Origin: Polyangiaceae bacterium
Lineage (GTDB): Bacteria; Myxococcota_A; Polyangia; Polyangiales; Polyangiaceae
Direction: 5' to 3'
Assembly (NCBI GenBank): GCA_035063585.1
Contig: JAPSGB010000020.1
Location: 1 to 64,000 of the forward strand
Length of the DNA: 64,000 nt
The position numbers and the translations under genes are program-made. Every line of letters begins with the position of its first letter. Within the stretch, counting starts at the first letter, position 1. The notes under the pieces were generated by a model. It was not told where the DNA came from. It searched no databases and saw only the letters and a list, made by a program, of their open reading frames with translations. Positions 20,201-29,751 of this stretch are shown one piece after another.

Positions 20201-21879
20201 AGCGTCTCGTGACGCGCCGGCGCGCGCACCTTGCGCTCGAGCTTCTTCTCGAGCTCGGGGAAGACCCACTTCTCGAGGCCGGGGACGTGCACCTCGAGGA
20301 ACCACTCGCGCCAGTCCAGCCGCTCGGGCTCCCAGCACATGCGCGCTCGATCGCGCTCACCGAGGCGCGCGAGCGCGGCGCGGGTGTGATCGCAGCGGAA
20401 GACATAGGAATACTCGGCGGTGAACGGCACGAACTGTCCGAGCACGTCACCGACCCGCCGCTGCTGCTCGGCGAAATCCGCGATCAGCTTCGCCGCGGGC
20501 GCCAGCACTGGCGCCGCCTGCCCGACCGCGGCGCGCCGGACCAACCGGGCGAGCCCGCGCGCGCCGCGCGCGATGGCCTGGGGCCCGAAGCGCTCGAACT
20601 GCTCCTTCGAGAGCATGGCGCCCTCGAAGCGCGACTGGACCGCGCCGGCGAGCGCGCCACCCCGACCGCTCTTCTGCCAGTACCTGCGCTTGTAGAGCCC
20701 GGTGAGCTCGAAGAAGCGCCGCATGGTGCACGGGTTCGAGTCACTCGAGCCGTACTGATAGACCGCCGGCGCGGTCCCCTCGATGAGCTCGGCCAGGCTC
20801 ATCACCATGCCGCTCGCGACCATGTCGCAGGGGATGACGTCGAGCAGGTTCTCGGCGGCCGGGATCTGGAGCCCGCCTTCCCTGAGGATGTAGATGAGCG
20901 GCGCGCTGGTGTTGATGCCCTCGTTCCAGCCCGGGAACGGATAGCTCACGGTCGACTCGATGATGGCAGGGCGCCCGATGGTGAAGCGGAGCCCCGAGGA
21001 GGCCACGATTTGCTCGCCGATCGCCTTGGTGTACGTATAGGTGTTCGGGAAGCCCCAAAATTTCGCCCGCTCCATGCCCATGTCGGCGAGCTGGCCCTCG
21101 ATGAAGCGGCGCTTCACCTTCTCGATCTCGGCGTCGAGCACCCTGCCGCGCGCCGGCTCTCCGCGCTCGACGAGGTTGTGCTTCGCCTCGTCCACGAAGC
21201 GGCTCTGGCGAAAGGCGTCGCTGCCGCGGCTGCGCGCCTGGTCGACGACGTCGAGGCACTCGGCGATCTCGCGCTCCGGGTCCCAGTGCTCGAGCGCGAG
21301 CTCATCCGCGCGCGGGAAGGGAAACTCCCGCGGGTCGCGCTCCTCGATGTGGCCTTGCCGGCTGCCGGCGACGTAGCAGGTGCTGGTGTGGAGGAGCGGG
21401 ACGTCCCCGAGGTCCTTGGCGAGCGCGACCAGGTTCCGGACGCCAAAGGCGTTCACCTCGAGCGCCTCGTCGAGCGGCGGATCGAACTCGACGACCCCGG
21501 AGGCGTTCACGACCGCGGCGACCTCGCCGCGGAGCTCGTCGCGCAGCGCGGCGTCGAGCCCGCAGAACGGCTGCACCACGTCGCCCGCGACCGGGACCAC
21601 CTTCTCGCGCAGGAAGTCCTCGTAGCCCTCGCCGTGCTCCTCACGGAGCGCGCGCATCACGTCGTTCGGAGCGACGTCCGCCCAGAACCGCGCCTCGGCG
21701 GTGCGCCCGCCCTTCGGCCGCACCACGAGGTAGAGCCGGCCGACCTCCGGATAGCGCGACAAGAGGAACGCCCAGAACACCTTGCCGAGGAAGCCCGTCC
21801 CGCCGACGATGACGAGCTTCTTGCCGCGGAGCTGCGCGGAGATATCGAGGCTCGGGCGGTCGTTCGTGCTGTTTTCCAT
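17245..21879 (-). CDS. elbD: ElbD-like multifunctional ether-lipid enzyme: fatty acyl reductase + adenylation + ACP + PlsC-type acyltransferase + SCP2-like tail
   Basis: GGTGFLG and NTYTYTK (FAR); YTSGTTGTPKG, GYGLTE, TGD (A domain); FDSL (ACP Ser); NHASHLD and FPEGTRS (acyltransferase); ADCVLKTS...FISGTVK (SCP2-like). Domain order matches M. xanthus ElbD. Confidence 0.82.
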   Translation of the reverse strand: MENSTNDRPSLDISAQLRGKKLVIVGGTGFLGKVFWAFLLSRYPEVGRLYLVVRPKGGRTAEARFWADVAPNDVMRALREEHGEGYEDFLREKVVPVAGDVVQPFCGLDAALRDELRGEVAAVVNASGVVEFDPPLDEALEVNAFGVRNLVALAKDLGDVPLLHTSTCYVAGSRQGHIEERDPREFPFPRADELALEHWDPEREIAECLDVVDQARSRGSDAFRQSRFVDEAKHNLVERGEPARGRVLDAEIEKVKRRFIEGQLADMGMERAKFWGFPNTYTYTKAIGEQIVASSGLRFTIGRPAIIESTVSYPFPGWNEGINTSAPLIYILREGGLQIPAAENLLDVIPCDMVASGMVMSLAELIEGTAPAVYQYGSSDSNPCTMRRFFELTGLYKRRYWQKSGRGGALAGAVQSRFEGAMLSKEQFERFGPQAIARGARGLARLVRRAAVGQAAPVLAPAAKLIADFAEQQRRVGDVLGQFVPFTAEYSYVFRCDHTRAALARLGERDRARMCWEPERLDWREWFLEVHVPGLEKWVFPELEKKLERKVRAPARHETLTALLDEMAERHELAVALQRAETDGLSRISYLGWRERASAAAARLQALGVRKGERVLLAGKNHPAWAIDFFGILLAGATPVPLDAAVDAGVAANLRRASGARVFVADREVRERVRPELADDVAWVDLVEASQSGAPHAPVEVTPEDLAALIYTSGTTGTPKGVMLTHANLTALVASLAPLFPLGKGDRVLSVLPLHHTFELTCGLLLPLSRGARIVYLDELDAERLSASLKEGKITAMVGVPALWELLERRITARIAERGPLATRLFDVAVEINRGLGKNFGLDAGRLLFGPVHEGLGGHLRFLVSGGAALPESVHAKFAGLGLHLAEGYGLTEASPVLTVAPGGPSAQPGNVGKPIPGVEISIASPDASGVGEVLARGPNVMLGYSDDEEATRRTIDEEGWLHTGDLGKLDRKGRLVIVGRAKDVIVAANGENVYPDDVEARLGTIDGIKELAIVGVMSPRGGERVACVAVAEEREQGKRALDAALQKLPASMRPAMVTVIETPLPRTATRKVKRAEVRRLIERVAPLSERPPRLDATAAADGLDGAARMVRAAVGVIARREPGSLGPGLSLRADLAFDSLMLLELLVALEAQTGAHLDAERLSACLTLGDAEELVRESSAARRLSRTATIEHEAEESLELPPVLREAAMHWLGRAQMGFYESVLDTKVTGRAFIPHNESTLVAANHASHLDMGLVKYALGSYGKDLVSLAAADYFFEGGRFRRAYFENLTNLVALSRSGSLRQSLRQAGELLERGKTVLIFPEGTRSSDGEIHEFKPAVGHLALVHQKDILPVHLGGTYQALPKGATVLRRRGVTARIGPPLRVADLRRLTEGMTGSEASRAVAGLVERAVVALSRGEVLDISRLASLDDGSAADDRSMARVFEELERRFVAGTVDEPVSFYFSLGEDERWSIQVTRERCEVTPGKLSGSADCVLKTSPTMFTRIVREAYTPSPAEFISGTVKSNNIGLLTTFQKVFQLSSAS

Positions 21880-22000
21880 CGCCTTCAACGCATCGCGTCA
21901 ATACGAAAGTGACGCTCGTGCCGACTCGGTCCCGCAAGTCGGTCGAGGAGTCAAGTCGCGAGAAGGATAAGGTGCGAGAGCCGTTCCGCTAGCGAGGGAG

Positions 22001-22023
22001 GGTCGGTGCGGCGCGGAAGCTCG
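22001..22023 (+). repeat. REP-like intergenic element, subtype A (degenerate)
   Basis: GGTCGGTGCGGCGCGGAAGCTCG, 18/23 to consensus; the following CGGGCCGGTCGCTC resembles 39096-39109. Confidence 0.5.
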
Positions 22024-22062
22024 CGGGCCGGTCGCTCTCGCCCGGCGCGGGGGAGCCCGAGC

Positions 22063-23658
<1,596 letters not shown>

Positions 23659-23776
23659 CCGTCGCGCGGACGCCGGGCGGCGTCAAGCGCGCGGCGAAAG
23701 CCCGGCGGGCCCCTGAAGTGCGCTGACGGGCGGCTCGACCGCGCGCGCTGCGACCACGCGGCTCGCGGCCGCAGCG

Positions 23777-23799
23777 CGCGGTTCCGCGCCGGGCCGGCA
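23777..23799 (-). repeat. REP-like intergenic element, subtype A
   Basis: Reverse complement TGCCGGCCCGGCGCGGAACCGCG, 22/23 to 7718-7740. Confidence 0.75.
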
Positions 23800-23801
23800 T
23801 C

Positions 23802-23821
23802 AGTAAATCCTTCACTTTACT
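23802..23821. promoter_or_regulatory. AT-rich palindrome AGTAAA-N8-TTTACT, candidate operator upstream of the LarA-like gene
   Basis: Perfect 6-bp inverted repeat in an AT-rich patch within very GC-rich DNA. Confidence 0.35.
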
Positions 23822-23844
23822 TTCGTGGCGAGCGCGGCGATTCG

Positions 23845-24915
23845 TCAGGATGACGCAGGCCCGCTCGCGCGGCCGGGCTCGAGGCGCCCGCGGAGCGCGA
23901 GCGGCTCCGGCGTCACGAGGTAGAGGTACTCCTTGTTCCTGAGGTGGCTCACCCGGCCGACCTTCTCGCCCTGCGGCGAGTAGATGCCGATCTGAGCGCC
24001 GACGTAGCGCTTGTACTCATGCTCGAGCACGGTGACGTGTCCGCGCGCGCCGAGGAGTCGCTCCATCTCGTCGCGGGCGATGTAGCCCTCGTCGTTGAAG
24101 GACACGATGAGGTAACGCGCGCGCGCCGCGCGGATGATCTCGCCGAGCGCATCGCGGATCTTGCGCCGGCGATTGAACGCGCTGTCCCGGCTCCGTACGT
24201 CGAGGCGCTTGCAGGCCGTGCCATAGACCTCCGGCTTGTCCCAGAGCACGAGGCTCTCCCACACGTGATAGTTCCCGAGGTACTTGTGCTGGTTATACGG
24301 GGGGTCGAGGTAATAGAGGTCGGCCTCGAGCTGCTTCGACGCCTCGCCGGCGTCGAGCTGGGTCGCGCGACCCTTACCGTGACGAGCGCGCGGCAAGAGC
24401 GCGGGCACGCGGAGCTCGAGCTCTTTATGGGCGCGCGGCGCCCAGCGTTTGAGGTACGCCATCTGGACGCCGGTCGTGCTATCGACCCGATCCGCGGCCT
24501 CCATGAGGGAGACGAGGAGCACCGCCTCGAGCTCGGGCGGCAGCGCCTTACGCGCGATTTCCTCTCGGATCGCGTCGATCCGCGCACCGTTCTTCGGCTG
24601 GAAGAACCGGCTTCGCACGCAGAACGTCTCGGTGAAGTAGCCCGGGCGCCCGGGGAGCGTGGAGAGCTCGCGGATGAGCCGCTCGGCGTCCGACCGGACG
24701 TCCTCGGCGTCGGCCTCGACGTAGGCGCGCGCGAGGGTCGCGGCGTACGCGTTGTGGTCGTTGGCGAGCACCTGGTAGCCCTCGGCCTTGAGCGCGTGGC
24801 CGACCCGCGACGTCCCGGAGAAGAGATCGACGACCGAGCTCACCCGCGGGAGCTCCCGAATCGCGCTCACGATCCGCGGGACGAGCAGCCGCTTCGAGCC
24901 GAGGTACTTGATCAC
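23845..24915 (-). CDS. DNA adenine methyltransferase (alpha class, D12-type), orphan
   Basis: KYLGSK, DLFSGT (SAM motif I), YLDPPY (motif IV); no nuclease gene alongside. Confidence 0.9.
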   Translation of the reverse strand: MIKYLGSKRLLVPRIVSAIRELPRVSSVVDLFSGTSRVGHALKAEGYQVLANDHNAYAATLARAYVEADAEDVRSDAERLIRELSTLPGRPGYFTETFCVRSRFFQPKNGARIDAIREEIARKALPPELEAVLLVSLMEAADRVDSTTGVQMAYLKRWAPRAHKELELRVPALLPRARHGKGRATQLDAGEASKQLEADLYYLDPPYNQHKYLGNYHVWESLVLWDKPEVYGTACKRLDVRSRDSAFNRRRKIRDALGEIIRAARARYLIVSFNDEGYIARDEMERLLGARGHVTVLEHEYKRYVGAQIGIYSPQGEKVGRVSHLRNKEYLYLVTPEPLALRGRLEPGRASGPASS

Positions 24916-24975
24916 GCCGCGCCTCGCCGGGCATGCCGAGCGGCGAGAGACGGCCGAGACACGCTCGCCCGACTA

Positions 24976-26859
24976 TCACGCGGGGCGCGCGGCGGCCACG
25001 GCGACCGACGAACGCACCGGAGGGAAGGTCAAGGTCACGCGGTACGCGCCCGAGCCGTCGTGCTCGGTGTGCACCTCGAGACCGCTCCGGTGGAACACGC
25101 CGAGCATGGCGGCGTTCGTCGCGAGCACGTCCGCGGTGAACCCGAACAGGCCGCGCGCACGCCCGATCTCGGCCATGCGCCGCATGAGCAGCGTGCCGAT
25201 CCCGCGTCCCTGGAGCTCGTCGCGGACCACGAAGGCGATATCGGCGTAGTCGGTCGCGGGATCGACGTCGTAGCGTGACATCGCGAGGATCTCGTCCGGG
25301 TGGTCCGCGCGGGTCACGACCAGCGCCATGTTCCGCTCGTAGTCGAGCTCCACGAGCTCCATCATCTCTTCGTGCGGGTGAGTCTTCTTGTAGTGCATGA
25401 AGCGCGAGTAGGTGCTCTCGTCGCTCAGCCGATAGAACATGTCCTGCAACGTCTCGGTGTCGCTCATTCGCGCGGGGCGCACCAGCACCTGCTCGCCGCT
25501 CGCGAGCTCGACGCGGCGCTCCTCGGCCCACGGGTAGACCGCGCGCGGCGCCACTTGCTCGGGGAACACGTACTTTCGCTGCTTGGCCGCGGCGAGCAGC
25601 TCCGCGCGGTGGTCGGGGTGCGCGATGTCGATGAGCGCCATCACGCGCTGGCGGATGTTCTTTCCCCAGAGATCCGCGACCCCGTACTCGGTGACGACGT
25701 AGTGGACGTCGCCGCGGCTGGTGACGATACCGGCGCCCTCCTCGAAGGCCGGGCGGATGCGGCTCAGCTTGCCGTCCTTGGCGGTCGACGGGAGCGCGAT
25801 GATGGGCCGGCCGCCGCGGCTCCGCGCGGCGCCGCGGATGAAGTCGACCTGTCCGCCGATCCCGCTGAAGAAGCGACCCATCAAGGTGTCGGCGGCGACC
25901 TGCCCGGTGAGATCGACGGCGAGCGCGGAGTTGATGGCGATCATCGCGTCGTTTCGCGCGACCACGAACGGGTCATTGGTAAACTCGCTGGGGCGCATCT
26001 CGACCGCGGGGTTGTCATGGACCCACTCGTAGAGCCGCCGGGTGCCCATCACGAAGCTCGTGACCAGCTTGCCGGCGAGGAGCGTCTTCTGCTTGCCGGT
26101 GATCACCCCGCCCTCGACCAAGTCGATGACGCTGTCCGAGAGCATCTCGGTGTGGACGCCGAGGTCGTGGTGACCGCCGAGCGCCTCGAGCACCGCGTGC
26201 GGGATGCGACCGATGCCGGTCTGCAGGGTCGCGCCGTCCGGCACCAGGCTCGCGACGTTCCGGCCAATCTGGCGGCAGGTGTCGTCGAGCTCGCCCACCG
26301 CGAGCTCGGCGAGCGGCGTGTCGACCGGGACGAGATAGTCGAGCTCGCTCACGTGGAGCATCGAGTCTCCGAGCGTGCGGGGCATGCGCGGGTTCACCTC
26401 GGCGATCAGGAGCTCGGCGCTGTCCACCGCCGCCCGCACGATATCGACCGACACGCCGAGGCTCACGTAGCCATGCGCGTCCGGCTCGCTCACCTGGATG
26501 AGCGCGACGTCGACCCGCAGGCGGCGCGAGCGGATGAGCCCGGGGATCTCGGAGAGGAACACCGGCATGAAGTCCGCGCGGCCCTCGGCGACCGCGGCGC
26601 GCACGTTCGCGCCGATGAAGAGCGCGGTGTGACGGAAGCGCCGCTCCATCCCCGGCTCGACGTAGGGCGCCTTGCCGAGCGTGAGCAGGTGGACGATCTC
26701 GTTGTCCGCGAGGTGTTCGCCGTGCCTCACGAGCCCATCGACGAGCTCCCCGGGCTCGGCCGCTCCCGAGCCGATGAGGATGCGCCGCCCCCGCGGGATG
26801 GCCGAGACGGCCTGGGCTACCGTCGCCACGCGATCGCCGAAGCGCTCCTGCCAGCTCAT
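24976..26859 (-). CDS. Acetyl-CoA hydrolase/4-hydroxybutyrate CoA-transferase fused to a C-terminal GNAT domain
   Basis: LQTGIG, LGVHTEM (catalytic Glu), GIGGQVDFIRGA, VVTEYG; GNAT ESTYSRF...LQGRGIGT...NAAM. Confidence 0.92.
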   Translation of the reverse strand: MSWQERFGDRVATVAQAVSAIPRGRRILIGSGAAEPGELVDGLVRHGEHLADNEIVHLLTLGKAPYVEPGMERRFRHTALFIGANVRAAVAEGRADFMPVFLSEIPGLIRSRRLRVDVALIQVSEPDAHGYVSLGVSVDIVRAAVDSAELLIAEVNPRMPRTLGDSMLHVSELDYLVPVDTPLAELAVGELDDTCRQIGRNVASLVPDGATLQTGIGRIPHAVLEALGGHHDLGVHTEMLSDSVIDLVEGGVITGKQKTLLAGKLVTSFVMGTRRLYEWVHDNPAVEMRPSEFTNDPFVVARNDAMIAINSALAVDLTGQVAADTLMGRFFSGIGGQVDFIRGAARSRGGRPIIALPSTAKDGKLSRIRPAFEEGAGIVTSRGDVHYVVTEYGVADLWGKNIRQRVMALIDIAHPDHRAELLAAAKQRKYVFPEQVAPRAVYPWAEERRVELASGEQVLVRPARMSDTETLQDMFYRLSDESTYSRFMHYKKTHPHEEMMELVELDYERNMALVVTRADHPDEILAMSRYDVDPATDYADIAFVVRDELQGRGIGTLLMRRMAEIGRARGLFGFTADVLATNAAMLGVFHRSGLEVHTEHDGSGAYRVTLTFPPVRSSVAVAAARPA

Positions 26860-27365
26860 CGCGTCGCCTCGATGAGGCGGAGCAGCCGCCCGAGCGCGGC
26901 CTCGTCGTCCGTCCCGCCGAGGGCCACCTCGGGCGCCGCCGGGCGCTCGTAGACGAGATCCGCGCCGGGCAACCCTCGCTCCCGTCCGGCTGCGACCGCG
27001 CGGTAGAGCCCCTTGGCGTCACGGCGCGCGGCGACCTCGCGTGGCACGTCGATGAACACCTCCACGAAGGCCGGCGCGACCGCGCGCGCGCGGCGGCGAT
27101 ACTCGGCGCGGTGCGAGGTCGCGGCCACCAGCACCACCAGCGAGGAGCGCGCCGCGAGCGCGGCGAGGTTACCGAGCGTCGCGTAGAAGTCGTCCCGCGA
27201 GGCCTCGTCGTAGCCCGGCCGAGGCACGAGCGCCGCGCGCACTTCGTCACCGTCGAAGAGACAGCACGGAACGCCGCGCTGCGCGAGCCGCTCGGCGAGC
27301 GCGCGCGCCAGGGTCGATTTCCCGGACGACGGGAGCCCGGTGATCCACACCACCACGCCGCTCAT
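26856..27365 (-). CDS. Adenylyl-sulfate kinase-like P-loop kinase
   Basis: WITGLPSSGKST, DGDEVR, RDAKGLY, PG...YERP; 4-bp overlaps on both sides. Confidence 0.82.
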   Translation of the reverse strand: MSGVVVWITGLPSSGKSTLARALAERLAQRGVPCCLFDGDEVRAALVPRPGYDEASRDDFYATLGNLAALAARSSLVVLVAATSHRAEYRRRARAVAPAFVEVFIDVPREVAARRDAKGLYRAVAAGRERGLPGADLVYERPAAPEVALGGTDDEAALGRLLRLIEATR

Positions 27366-28465
27366 CGGAACACCTCGTCGGCGAAGGCGGGGTCGAAGCG
27401 GGGTGCGGAGAGGGTGCGCTCGATGAGCGTGAGCACGCGGTCGCGCGCGTCCGCGCTGACCGCCGGATACCAGGCGGGGTTGGCCACCACCAGCCCGCGC
27501 CAGGCGAGGAACGGCGCCGCCACATCGAGCAGGCGCCGATCACGGCTCTCGTCGAGATAGCTCTGCCAGAACCTCTGCCACAGCCCGCGAAAGGCCGTGC
27601 GCCAGGCGTGCGGCGCCGCCACCGCGAAGAAGACGTAGTTGATCGCCATGCAGGTCACGTCATCGGCTGGGTCGCCCGCGCAGCCGCGCGCGGCGTCGAG
27701 CACGGCGAGCCCTTCGCGCTCGTCGAAGACCACGTTGAACGGGTGGAAATCACCGTGCATGACCGACAGGCGCGCGGTCTCGTCCTGCAGGCGCCAGCGC
27801 CACTCGAGGCACGCCTGCTCGATGGCCCGGAGACGCGAGCGCGGCGCAGCCGGGACGTCGTCGGGGTAGCCGTCCACGATCCCGAAGATCCCCTCCCCGC
27901 TGCCCAGGAGGTCGCGCAGCGCGCGGACGTAGCGCGGCGGCGAGTCGAGCTTGTCGCGGTGGAGCTCGACCAGGTAGCGCGCGAGCTCGGAGGCGTGCGC
28001 GAGATCGAGCGCTTGGGCCTCACCGGTGCGCGCGACACGACGGAGCTCCTCGGCGTAGACGTGCCCCTCGGCCCACCCGGTCACCATGTAGAACTCGCCC
28101 GCGTCACGCAGCGAGACGAGCCCCTCGCCGTCGCGGGTCACCGCCCCGACGTCGAGCGCGGGGACGTGGCGAGCGATGCCGCCGAAGGTGTCATACGCGA
28201 GCAGCATCTCGGTCGCGCGATCCGCGCGGCGGTCATGCCCGAACCAGTCGGGGCTCGCGGTGTGGAAGACGAGACACCGGCGCCGTCCGCCGGGCTCCTC
28301 CGCCACGAGCTTCAGCGGGACCCCATAGCCGGCGCCCTTGGTGGTCGCGGCCTCGTCGTTGGTGTCCGGGTGGAGCGGCTCGACCTCGACCAGCCGCGCG
28401 CCCGGCACGGCCCGACGAACCAGCTCGACCAGCGCGGCGGGGTGTTCTTCGCGTGCTTCGGCCAT
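27362..28465 (-). CDS. Aminoglycoside phosphotransferase-like (APH/choline kinase fold) kinase
   Basis: Brenner motif HGDFHPFNV, VLDAARG, GDPADD; start uncertain (28465-28516). Confidence 0.85.
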   Translation of the reverse strand: MAEAREEHPAALVELVRRAVPGARLVEVEPLHPDTNDEAATTKGAGYGVPLKLVAEEPGGRRRCLVFHTASPDWFGHDRRADRATEMLLAYDTFGGIARHVPALDVGAVTRDGEGLVSLRDAGEFYMVTGWAEGHVYAEELRRVARTGEAQALDLAHASELARYLVELHRDKLDSPPRYVRALRDLLGSGEGIFGIVDGYPDDVPAAPRSRLRAIEQACLEWRWRLQDETARLSVMHGDFHPFNVVFDEREGLAVLDAARGCAGDPADDVTCMAINYVFFAVAAPHAWRTAFRGLWQRFWQSYLDESRDRRLLDVAAPFLAWRGLVVANPAWYPAVSADARDRVLTLIERTLSAPRFDPAFADEVFR

Positions 28466-28550
28466 GCGGGCGCTCCGGCCGTGCAGATGCATGACCCGCG
28501 CCAAGCCCCGGCTCACCGGGTTTGCACGCGTCTTGCACTACGCGGACGCC

Positions 28551-28949
28551 ATGAGCCAGCGCGCCATCCTCATCGACGACTACATGACCGAGAGCCCCTT
28601 CACCATCGGGCGCGAGCAGACGCTCGCCACCGCGAAACAGCTGATGAGGCAGCACCGGACGCGACACCTCCCGGTGCTCCACGGCGGGCGACTGGTGGGG
28701 CTCTTGTCGCAGCGGGACGTTCACCTGGTCGAGGCGCTCCCCGACGTGGATCCCGAGAAGATCACCGTCGAAGAGGCCATGACGGAGGAGCCTTACGCGG
28801 TCGCGCCGGGCACCCCGCTCGCGGAGGTTGCCAGGGTGATGGCCGAGCACAAGTACGGCGCGGCGGTGGTCATGCGCGGCAACGAGGTGATCGGCGTCTT
28901 TACGACCGTCGACGCGCTCCGCGCGCTCTCCGACGCGCTCTCTCGCTGA
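28551..28949 (+). CDS. CBS-pair protein (AcuB-like, stand-alone)
   Basis: YMTESP, RHLPV...LVGLLSQRD, VEEAMTEEP, IGVFTTVD. Confidence 0.9.
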   Translation: MSQRAILIDDYMTESPFTIGREQTLATAKQLMRQHRTRHLPVLHGGRLVGLLSQRDVHLVEALPDVDPEKITVEEAMTEEPYAVAPGTPLAEVARVMAEHKYGAAVVMRGNEVIGVFTTVDALRALSDALSR

Positions 28950-29159
28950 GCTCATCGCGCCGCATTTGCGCCTCACTCGCAGGACGCGCAGTTTATGCGC
29001 GGCTGCTGCATGGGTTGCGCGCCGTTTTCGAGGCAGAGTGCAAGCGGGTCAGGGCGAGCCGCGTTGCTCCCGTCGGAGCGCGCGCGCTGGCGCTCGAAAA
29101 TTCGCGGTCACGAATCGCGAGCACGAGGCCACATGGGGACGGACGAGAAGGAGCGAGGC

Positions 29160-29747
29160 ATGTCACGAGCGAGCGCGGTGTCACTCGAGAGCGCCGAGGC
29201 CGGGAGGGCCGAGCCGGCCGAGCAGGCCATCCTCGACGCGATCGGCGCGCGCGACTTCCGCCTCGCGCTCACCCTCTGCGCGCGCGAGCACGGGCGAGCG
29301 GTCGGGCGACTATGCATGGCGCTGGTCGGCTCGCAAGCCGAAGCGGACGACCTCGCGCAAGAGACCCTGCTCGACGCTCACGACGGGTTCGCGAGCTACC
29401 GCGCCGACGGGTCCCTGCGCTCCTGGCTCTACGCGATCGCGCGGCGGAAGTGCGCGCGCCACCTCGAGCGACGCAGCCGCCAAGGCAGTCGCCTGAGGCT
29501 CATCCACGACGCCGAGCGCCAGCCGAGCACCGAGGAGCTGGTGCAAGCGAGGCAGCGCGCGGAGCGGGCGCGCGCGGTGCTCGCGCGCATCCGCCCGAGC
29601 GAGCGCGAGGCGGTGGTGCTGCGTTTTGCCGGCGAGCTCTCGTATCGCGAGCTCGCCCTGGCCTGCGGGATCGACGAGGCCGCGGCGCGCAAGCGCGTGT
29701 CGCGCGCGCTCGCGAAGCTGAGAGCCGGCGTCGGAGACGAGGAGTGA
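29160..29747 (+). CDS. ECF RNA polymerase sigma factor
   Basis: Region 2 ADDLAQET...LRSWLYAIA; region 4 REAVVLR..LSYRELA..RKRVSRA; AAGGAG before ATG 29160 (alternative start 29133). Confidence 0.92.
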   Translation: MSRASAVSLESAEAGRAEPAEQAILDAIGARDFRLALTLCAREHGRAVGRLCMALVGSQAEADDLAQETLLDAHDGFASYRADGSLRSWLYAIARRKCARHLERRSRQGSRLRLIHDAERQPSTEELVQARQRAERARAVLARIRPSEREAVVLRFAGELSYRELALACGIDEAAARKRVSRALAKLRAGVGDEE

Positions 29748-29751
29748 GCCC

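Noticed and set aside
23845..24915. Restriction-modification or defence island
   Set aside because: No nuclease, specificity subunit, integrase or compositional shift nearby.
26856..27365. Naming this gene cysC
   Set aside because: The fold is clear, but there is no sulfate-activation context and substrate residues could not be verified.
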